A stretch of 64,000 nt of DNA from Octopus sinensis (taxonomy: Eukaryota): contig NC_042998.1 of NCBI RefSeq assembly GCF_006345805.1, positions 33,170,001-33,234,000 on the forward strand, read 5' to 3'. Shown one piece after another: positions 54,900-64,000 of the stretch. The position numbers and the translations under genes are program-made. The stretch's first letter is position 1. Every line of letters starts with the position of its first letter. The notes under the pieces are model-generated. The model was not told the DNA's origin, did not search any database, and was given only the letters and a program-made list of their open reading frames with translations.

Positions 54900-55480
54900 G
54901 TTTGGAATATGCCCCTCCAGGATCTCCCATACGTATATAATAGTATATCTCTCTCTTCGTCATTCAAGAGAGTAGAGACGCAGAGTTTTCAGGCGTTCCC
55001 AGTAATTAAGATCATTAACCAAAGTTATTTTACTGGTCGATGTTCTTTGTATCCCTTCAATTTCTTCTATGAGACCAGGTGAATTTGAAGACCAAAGGTG
55101 TGAGCAGTAATCTAATCTGCTCAGAACTAGGTTTTTCCATAGAGTTAGCTATTACTACGTCTCTCCGTTGTAATTAATCATTAGTAAATATTGGGTGCCC
55201 TTAGCGGAATCCACTTTTATGACTAATATCCTTATACTACAACACACGTCCATTTTGAAATCTTTCTTGCTACAAGCGTCCGCTTCTATTTGATTTTTAC
55301 TCAAATGTCTAAGGTTTTTAACTTGACAGCATTCTGAAACATATTTCTTCAACCAAAATATCGTTATTTTCTTTAGACATGTTGAATTAACCTATTTACA
55401 GTGAAGTAAAATCTCAGAAATGCCAGTCATTACTGAATTATTTAACCTCTAGGAAAAAACAAATTTCTTATTTCAATACG
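54900..55480 (-). pseudogene. CR1-clade LINE ORF2 3' fragment
   Basis: LWKNLVLSRLDYCSHLWS..IEEIEGIQR...LNYWERLKTLRLYSLE*RRERY. Confidence 0.82.
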
Positions 55481-55916
55481 TAGTTGTTCATCTCTACTCT
55501 GGCAGGGTCAGTGATGTTTATGAATCGTTGATGTTGCCAGATAAGAACCAAACATGCTCTGAATTATCTTCTGTATTTGCGAGTAAATAAAAGCAGTTGT
55601 TAATCTCTTTATTAATATCAACTTACCATAAGGCGGCGGAATCGTTAGCACGCCGGGCAAAACACTTTTCGGTATTTCGCTTGTCATTAGAATCTGAGTT
55701 CAAATTCCGCCGAGGTCGACTTTGCCTTTCATCTTTTTGGGGTCGTTAAAATAAGTACCAGTAGAGCACTACGGTTGATGTAATTGACTTACTCCTTTCC
55801 TCGAAATTGCTGGCCTTGTGCCAAAATTTGAACAGAGTATTAATTTGCCATAATGGCTGCGAGCTGGCAGAATCGTTAGTGCGCCGGGCAAAATGCTTAG
55901 CGACATTTCGTCCGGT

Positions 55917-55949
<33 letters not shown>

Positions 55950-55951
<2 letters not shown>

Positions 55952-56353
55952 TACAATTAATAAGAGTAATGACCAATCAAGTGGATTCCTAATATGCTAA
56001 AGATAAATGTCAAATCGCCTTACCACGAAGAGTGTGTTCTCAAGAAAAATCTCAGCAAAAACCCCAGAATGCAAAAATGAACAAGACAAATAAAAATATA
56101 CAAAATAAAACGATTACCTACGTATCATGATTTCATTGTTAACACTTGCAAAATGCAAATATCTGCATCTCTTCAGCGTAGTTTGTCGCGATTTGACGTC
56201 TATCATTAGCATATTAGGAATCCACTTTAGTGGTCATTCCTCTTATTAATTGTAAAATAACTTTTAAATCTTCGGATTTTTTAAAATATGCTAGACCACT
56301 GGCTTAAATTGATGTTAATTGATCGATATCAAATTCTACCCTCATTATTTAAT

Positions 56354-56355
<2 letters not shown>
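55950..56355 (+). mobile_element. Fold-back pLTR-like element, no clear ribozyme
   Basis: Arms about 55950-56030 and 56168-56255, tail ending CCCTCATTATTTAAT. Related pieces at 41890-42045 and 31985-32090. Confidence 0.65.
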
Positions 56356-56403
<48 letters not shown>

Positions 56404-56460
56404 ATATATATATATTATATATATAATATATATATATATATATTATATATATATAATAAT

Positions 56461-56510
<50 letters not shown>

Positions 56511-56521
56511 TATTATCTATC

Positions 56522-56910
56522 AGGCGCAGAAGTGGTTGTGTGGTGGGTTTGCTTGCTTACCAATCACATGGTCCTGGGTTCAGTCCCACTGTGTGGCACC
56601 TTAGACAAGTGTCTTCTACTATAGCCTCGGGCTGACCAAGGCCTTGTGGGTGGATTTGGTGGATGGAAACTGGAAGAGGTCCGTCGTGTACGTATATATA
56701 TATATATATATGTATACATGTGTGTGTGTGTGTTTGTGTGTCTGTGTTTGTCTCCCCAACATCGCTTGACAACCGATGCTGGTGTGTTTACCAATATACT
56801 AAGTACTAGGCTTACAAAGAATAAGCTCTGGGGTCGATTTGCTCGACTATAAAGACAGTGCTCCAGCATGGCCGCAGTCAAATGACTGAAACAAGTAAAA
56901 GAGTAAAAGA
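56522..56910 (+). mobile_element. SINE-B
   Basis: Family B consensus. Confidence 0.84.
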
Positions 56911-57058
56911 GTATACTAGTTTAACCCCAGGCACATTCTCCGCCAGCTGGTTATCGGTGCGATTCTGCAACCTTTATATACTATATATTGTTAGCAGGGG
57001 GAGCGAAGCCCAACCACCTTCTCTCTCCTCTCCTCTCTCTCTCTCTCTCTCTCTCTCC

Positions 57059-57090
<32 letters not shown>

Positions 57091-57461
57091 TGAAACACAC
57101 AGACAGAGGGACAAAGAGAAAGAATAAAGATAAAAGATAGACAGATACAGACATAGATATGTTTGTGTTTATGTGTGAGTGTAGTGGTGCATATCGCCAT
57201 ATATTCATGTGTCTGTGTGTGTGTTTAGGTTGTCGGATGAATTCATTCGTTTCTGCGCTTTCCATCATTTTCGCTTCAGATTTTATTCCTTCTCCCCTGT
57301 TCGCGGATTTGTTTTTCCTCTTTCTCTCTTCCTTTCATTCCCTACCTCCTCTCTCATTCTCTATTCTCCCAGACCCGTTCCCATTTTCTCATTAAATCTG
57401 CTTGACTTTTTTTTTCTTGTATGTAGCACACCACACGCTCTAATTTACCATTAACACTTTT

Positions 57462-57503
<42 letters not shown>

Positions 57504-58204
57504 ACTACTTTACCACTCCTATTTAACATACAAAATACTCTCTGACCAAGTCTGACCCTTTTCCCTTATTATCAATGAAGGAAAGCCAAACGACTTAGAC
57601 TCAATATTCAGAGACTTGCTAAAAGATAAATGCAATAAAACACAATAAAACACAATAAAAATGCCTGTGTTTAAAAATACATTGACATTTCATCTCATTT
57701 TTTCCTTCATCTCATTTATTTCATGTTTTCCCTTTATTTAGCTCGTCGTCATTTCCATATATTTTTCGTCTTTCTGATTTCTCTGTGATTTCTTTTTATG
57801 TCCGTTAAATCACAATTAACCGAATCGGCAGAGCTTGGCTTTTTGACCGAAAGGTTGCCAGTTTGTTTATGACCAAGTTACTTAAATCTCATTTAGCCGT
57901 CTCCCAAATATGAAATGCTTTGCTTCGTTCGTTGTAAATGTTTATTTAGCACAGTTAATGCGGGAGTGTAGTATTATACACAGAGTATATTTCGCTAACC
58001 TGCTTTGCTAAATTCAAAACCTCTCTAGATAGGGTGCGTGCATGTGTGAGTGAGCATGTGTGTGTGTGTGTGTGTGTAGCGTGCGCAAGAGAGAGAGGTA
58101 GGAGAAGCAGAGGAGGGAGTCAGACAGACATGCAAAAAAGAAGGGAGGGAATAGAGACTAACTTACCCTAGACACAAGATAGGAAGAGGAAATCTTCAAA
58201 TAAT

Positions 58205-58438
58205 ATATTTCTGTATTACCCACAAGGGGCTAAACATAGAGGGGACAAACAAGGACAGACAAACGGATTAAATCGATTACATCGACCCCAGTGCGTTACT
58301 GGTACTTAATTTATCGATCCCGAAAGGATGAAAGGCAAAGTCGACCTCGGCGGAATTTGAACTCACAACGTAACGGCAGACGAAATACCGCTAAGCATTT
58401 CGCCCGACGTGCTAACGTTTCTGCCAGCTCGCCGCCTT
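58205..58438 (-). mobile_element. SINE-A
   Basis: Reverse complement of family A, with (CTT)CAAATAATA duplicated at the flanks. Confidence 0.88.
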
Positions 58439-58929
58439 CAAATAATAATTCTTCTTTCCAAGTAAGTTATGAAACTACTAATGTGTGAAGTTCGATAATG
58501 GTGATTTAAATTCGTTGGTACAAGGCCCGCAATTTCAAGGGAGGAGACAGGTCGATTACATTGACTCTGGTGTTCAGTCGATATTTATTTTCTCTAAACT
58601 GAGAGGATGAATGGTAAAGTCGACCTCGGCGGAATTTCTGCCCAAGTGTATTGTTCACACCTGCACAGACGTCTAACAAACTTCGGGATATCTATTTTTG
58701 CTTAAAATACCAGTCTGGATTATTCCTAGGAATCAATAATGAGGAAACAAGGATAATGGAGGAAGAACTGGTTTCACTTTTTAAATGGCATCGAGCTGAG
58801 GCCAAAGTTCAAAAAGTCATTTCAGGGTGTTTGATTGCAAAAGGGCAACATCCAACAGGGTGTTTGATTGCAAAAGGGCAACATCCATGAATGATCTTAT
58901 ATATTTCTTTATTTGGATTTATATATTTC

Positions 58930-59650
58930 TTTATTCCCGTGGATGATCTTATAGCAACACACACAACACATGTGGAGGCGGAAAGGGTGTTGACTTTACC
59001 TGAGAATATAGCGACAATGAAGTTTAAGCCGAATAAGTCAAGGTGTATGGTGATTAGGAGAGACAAATTAAGAAACAAAATCAAGCTGCAAGTGTAAGGA
59101 GAAGTTATTCCATCAAGAAAGGAAAATTCAATCAAATGCCTTGGAATGTGGTTTGACAATCCACTCTCTGATAGAAAGAGTGGATGCGGAGGGATGAAAG
59201 ATCGGGGTTTCCAAGAAAATACAAGACATGGTTCTAGCAACAAGGACTGCTACCAACGCTCATAGGGTTATTGACGGTGTATGAGATTCTAATGACAAAA
59301 GTAGAAAGGCTGGAGAGGAAGGTAAACAAATATTCCCAAAGGTGGGCAGATATCCCTTCAATAGGGCTGTACATAAGATCCGGGCATTTAGAACTTCCCC
59401 TATTATCAGTAGTGGATGAGTTCAAAGTCGCGAAATGTAGAGTCTTAATGATGTACATGGACTCACGGGATCAGCGTGTAAGACAAGCAGGTATCACAAA
59501 GTGGGTAGCTAGTACCTCAGTCGCACGGGTTGAAAGGATGCTGGAGCTACGCAAAATCATTAGAATTACATACAAAGGTAGGCAGGGTCTCGGTTCTTCT
59601 CATTTTCAACAATGGAAAAAGGCGAACACCAAGGAGAAGAAGGTCATGAT
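58930..59650 (+). pseudogene. Hero-like RLE non-LTR retrotransposon RT and post-RT fragment
   Basis: VDDL, MKFKPNKSRCMVI, IKCLGMWF, VYEI..TKVERLER, LPLLSVVDEFKVAK, GRQGLG. Confidence 0.78.
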
Positions 59651-60215
59651 CTGAGTTCCATGGTTGTGAAGTGTGGCTGTTCGTGAAGCTAGTAATAGAT
59701 GGCTGATGTGATAAAATTAGTGACACTATTTGCCTTGCGGTAGAATTATTATTCTTCCACCTTGTGTGAAGAGAGGGCAGTGTTAGTAATAACTAGAAGA
59801 GCAACGTAACAGGTTACTTCGGAAACTTACTTTTATGAGTGTATTGATTTTCTTTATGAAATACTCTCCTTGTAAATCATACACTTAAACGACAGCTGGA
59901 TAAACGTTTAAGTGTATGATTTACAAGAAGGAGAGTATTTCATTAAAAAAAATCATTATACTCCAAGAGGTAAGCTTCCAACATTTGTGAAGCAGCCTGT
60001 CATGTTGCTCTTCTAGTTATTGCTAACACTGCCCTCACTTCACACAAGGTGGAATAATATTAATTCTACCGCGAATAAAGCAAATAGTGTCACTAATTTT
60101 CACGGATTTTACTACTTCAGCCTTCTATTACTAGCTTCACGTACGGCCACACTTCACAACCATGGAACTCAGAAAACATATATTATTGAATTTTCGTAAG
60201 TCCTCATTATATATC
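59650..60215. repeat. About 250-bp-arm fold-back element with a 13-nt spacer and short tail
   Basis: Arms 59650-59891 and 59905-60173, diverged with indels. Confidence 0.85.
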
Positions 60216-60309
60216 CGATACTATTATTACTTTTGCAAACACAGACCCACGTTTCGTTAAAGAAGGTGTTAACAGAAGGCGAAGTTACCTTTCTGTTAGT
60301 TCATGGACG

Positions 60310-61124
60310 TTAATTAAAAACTGCTCCTTGTAATATACGCTGGACTAATTGGACACAACTAATTTTAGACAAGCTTATATGAACCAATACCTCTAGTCCA
60401 TACCCCCAGCAGTTCACCTCCGTAATTCTTGATATTTTTATTATCTCAGTGTCCTCCTCTGTGTTGAAGAGGATGGCTTCCACCAGCCACGCCTCATCAA
60501 TTTCTGGCGGAACTTTACCTATTCTTACTCTGGCCGCACGTTTGCCACAGTAAGTCGGCAGCAGTGCCCACTCCGCTGATCTCAAAGCACAGTTGTGTAT
60601 TTTCTCGCTTCTTCTTCAATCACGAAGCGTACCTCTACTGTGCCGTATTTCCTTCCTCCGGTGTAGTACGTCACTACGTTCTTAATTTCTCTAAGGCACT
60701 CCTCGACCGCTGCTACTTCGACCTTTTTTGTTGCAATTTTTAATGTTCTGTACACAATCATTACCTTCTCCGTTTTATCTGTTACTTCTTTGGGGGGACG
60801 TCAACCTCAGGCTATCTCCCCCCTTTCTTAATAAATCATTGTATTTTTTTAAGTCTTTCTCCTGTAATTTAATTTCTTTGACTTGCATCCCTCCGCTGAC
60901 AGGCTTTTGCCAGTCACCGCAGCATGCGCGTTTGCACAGGTGTACTTTCCATATTATTCACGACTTCACCCATAAATGGAGAAGAAAACTAAAAAAAAAC
61001 AAACGGTAACAAGTTCAACAGGCAACAACAATCCAACAATTCAATAAACAACAGTCAAACAAAAAGGGTACTCACAAGGAGCGGATACTTTTCCAACTCA
61101 CTAACTCAATAAAACACGAACGAC
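60310..61124 (-). pseudogene. L1/Tx1-like LINE 5' UTR and ORF1 fragment
   Basis: VEECLREIKNVVTYYTGGRKYGTVEVRF, then LLPTYCGKRAARVRIGKVPPEIDEAWL (RRM-type ORF1 pattern), frameshifted. Confidence 0.6.
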
Positions 61125-61511
61125 GGCGTGCTAACGATTCTGCCAGCTCGCCGCCTTGTGACTGCAGACTAAATAAATAACATGTACATGCCCACCTCAA
61201 ATAAAAAGAAAATCGGTCACGTGCTCACTTCTTAGGGTGGCGAAGTTCATTTTGTGCAATAAATCGCTTATATTTTTACAATGCAAAAAGTATTTTAAGC
61301 AATTTTTTTATACAATTCCTAAAAATGCTTAATTGAAGAAATACTATAGGATATTTTTTTAAACATGTAACGGTTATGGGGGTTAGCCCAAGAAAAGTAA
61401 GAATCGAAGAGGTTCATAAGGTAAAAATGGACGAGAACCACTGGTTTACATTTAGCGAGAATAGAAGAAACCAATTTCGCTAAATTTTTAGGTGGAATAT
61501 ACACAGATTTA

Positions 61512-61927
61512 GGGCGGCGAGCTGGCAGAATCGTTAGCACGCAGGGCGAAATGCTTAGCAGTATTTTGTCTTCCATTACGTTCTGAGTTCAAATTCCGCC
61601 GAGGTCGATTTTGCCTTTCATACTTTCGGGGTCGATTAAATAAGTACCAGTTACGCACTGGGGTCGATGTAATCGACTAAATCCCTTTGCCTGTCCTTGT
61701 TTGTCCTCTCTGTGTTTAGCCCCTTGTGGGTAGTAAAGAAATAGGTATTTCGTCTGCCGCTACGTTCTGAGTTCAAATTCCGCCGAGGTTGATATTGCCT
61801 GTCATCCTTTCAGGGTCGATTAAATAAGTACCAGTTACGCACTGGGGTCGATATAATCGACTAAATCCCTTTGTCTGTCCTTGTTTGTCCCCTCTATGTT
61901 TAGCCCCTTGTGGGCAATAAAGAAATA
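61512..61927 (+). mobile_element. SINE-A dimer with TSD
   Basis: AATATACACAGAT duplicated on both sides. Confidence 0.88.
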
Positions 61928-62189
61928 AATATACACAGATATCGTTGTAACCTTTCGCAGAAGATTTGTTCCTTTATATTGGAGAAAACTATCCATTTTT
62001 TTGATAGATAAGTTCATATGCTACAATAGTCTTATTCAAATACGAACATATAGATTCTTTCTTTGACTCTAGAATGGATAGAAACAATTTACGTGTATGA
62101 TGTTTTACGAACTAAAGAAAGCTCATTCTGTAGGATAACATATTATTGGTTTCATAGCGATTATGCTGCATGCTACAAGAAGCCAATTA

Positions 62190-62932
62190 TAACAGGAGCA
62201 CTCATACAGCGCAAACCGCCGCCAAAGCAACACCGACGTCCTCTCAACGATTAGTCATAGATGATTTTTAAAATGAGAATATCTGAAATAAACTCGATTG
62301 CTCTCAAAAACAAGAATACTAAAATTGATGCCGACCGCTCTCAAAAATTAAGTTAACAACGTCCTCTCAACGATTAGTCAGAGATGATTTTTAAAATGAG
62401 AATATCTGAAATAAACTCGATTGCTCTCACAAACAAGAATACTAAAATTGACGCCGACCGCTCTCAAAAATTAAGTTAACAACGTCCTCTCAACGATTAG
62501 TCAGAGATGATTTTTAAAATGAGAATATCTGAAATAAACTCGATTGCTCTCAAAAACAAGAATACTAAAATTGATGCCGACCGCTCTCAAAAATTAAGTT
62601 AACAACGTCCTCTCAACGATTAGTCAGAGATGATTTTTAAAATGAGAATATCTGAAATAAACTCGACTGCTCTGCAAATGAAAATGCTAAAAATGACTCC
62701 GACCGCTCTCAAAAATGAAGTTAAAAAATCGGCAAAATAATCCAGAATCCTTGTCTGGTGCCGGACCGATCCCAAAATCTAATCAGTTCGTGCCAGCTAC
62801 GAGGCCAAATATTCCTGAAAATGTCACCCGAATCCATTCAGTAGTTCTGGAGATATCTTGTCCACGGATAAAGAAACAAAAGACAAACACGACTGAAAAC
62901 AATACCTCCACCTTAGAGAAGGTGGCGGTAAT
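62190..62932 (-). mobile_element. Helentron/DINE-like non-autonomous element carrying an internal tandem array
   Basis: End AATACCTCCACCTT..AAGGTGGCGGTAAT hairpin. Body shared with 13280-13457 and 13935-14122. Confidence 0.65.
62236..62725. repeat. Tandem repeat, 4 x 123 bp
   Basis: ACGTCCTCTCAACGATTAGTCA starts at 62236, 62359, 62482 and 62605. Single units at about 12520-12580 and 13520-13570. Confidence 0.92.
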
Positions 62933-63003
62933 TATTTGCTGTTACACAATGTAAAGGCTAAATGAAAGAAGATTCAGCGATAAGGACCAACCAACCAACT
63001 ATT

Positions 63004-63041
<38 letters not shown>

Positions 63042-63598
63042 ATACGTATAGCCAAATTTTAGAGGATGCAATTAGTATGTTAACACAAGTTAACATGAAG
63101 GTCCTATACAGATCACAAGTAAGACATACAAAGAAAATAATAGCAGAAAATAAATAGATAGGAAAATGTTTTAATAGATCCCAGATATTGTGACTGTTAA
63201 AGCAAGGTATGAATCCGATAAAATTAATCGAGATAAAAATAACGCTGTAAAAGCATTAACGTTACGCTTGACCTTAAATATATGCAATATATATGCACAA
63301 GAGAGTAAATTGCCTTAAGGGAGAAAAAAGGCAAAGAATAACCTTTGAGAGTGACACGGTTGAACATAATTATGATGATGGCAAAGGGTAGTTTAGCATT
63401 TAACGGATTGTACTTATTGTTTTGGTTATTCACTAAAAGAATTTTCATTCATTAACTGCAGATCAAAACTATGGTAGATATACAATCTTAAAAGTTAATA
63501 AAGATACAGAAATAATTTATTCTCACACGCTTGATAATACTAATACAATAGCATTAACAGGATAAACTATCCATATATTGCAGAAAAATTCGTTAACG

Positions 63599-63670
63599 GC
63601 CAGCCATGAGACTCAAACTCACATCTCTGTGATTACGCGTCAAATGCTTTACCTTTAAGCTAAACTGCCC
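63599..63670 (-). pseudogene. tRNA-like sequence (Thr-CGT-like), degenerate
   Basis: Reverse complement GGGCAGTTTAGCTTAAAGGTAAAGC..TGACGCGTAATCA..GTGAGTTTGAGTCTCA. D, anticodon and T arms are visible, but the B box and acceptor stem are imperfect. Confidence 0.5.
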
Positions 63671-64000
63671 AGTAACTAACTGTCCTGCAATTTTAGGATT
63701 TATAAATCTAGCTTTATAAGACGCTAACGTTAAAATCAACTTACGATGAAAGCAAACAGAGTTTGCTTTAGAAGCGTTAGGATGTATTGAAACCTACAAC
63801 TTAAATCCAAAGCAATATGATGTCTTATTTCCAATTTGTTTCAACTCCGTAGAATATCCTAATTCGTTGTTACTTTTTTTTAATTGCCACAGAATCAAGG
63901 AATACATTGCATCGGTCGTTGAACTTTTAAACTACAAGTAACACCCCCAGTGTTGACATAAGTCTGACTAACATCCTTCAAATGAACTAAAACCTAGCTA

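Noticed and set aside
62236-62725. CRISPR-like regular repeats (also 11125-12180)
   Set aside because: Whole units repeat with no unique spacers, there are no cas genes, and the context is eukaryotic.

Overview
Eukaryotic, AT-rich, microsatellite-dense intergenic or intronic DNA. The SINE families and (TA)n/(CA)n/(TACA)n load suggest a coleoid cephalopod, most likely Octopus (inference). I found no convincing host protein-coding exon, and nearly all listed ORFs are artefacts of microsatellites or SINEs. The window is a nested mosaic of mobile elements: three tRNA-derived SINE families (dozens of copies); decayed LINE fragments (R4/Dong-like, Hero-like, L1/Tx1-like, CR1-like, RTE-like); mariner and pogo remnants and MITEs; non-autonomous Helitrons and Helentron-like elements; and one Penelope-like element (PLE; RT plus GIY-YIG, 8061-9760). 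The main hidden signal is a set of short, non-coding, mostly fold-back elements, most of them inserted in (TA)n tracts. They copy the PLE 'inverted pLTR + direct pLTR + tail' layout, and six sequence-unrelated families each carry a minimal type I hammerhead ribozyme with a palindromic stem III. One family (16920-17428) also has a tRNA-derived Pol III head, making it a candidate Penelope-mobilised, ribozyme-containing SINE. Coordinates were read by eye and may be off by a few bases.
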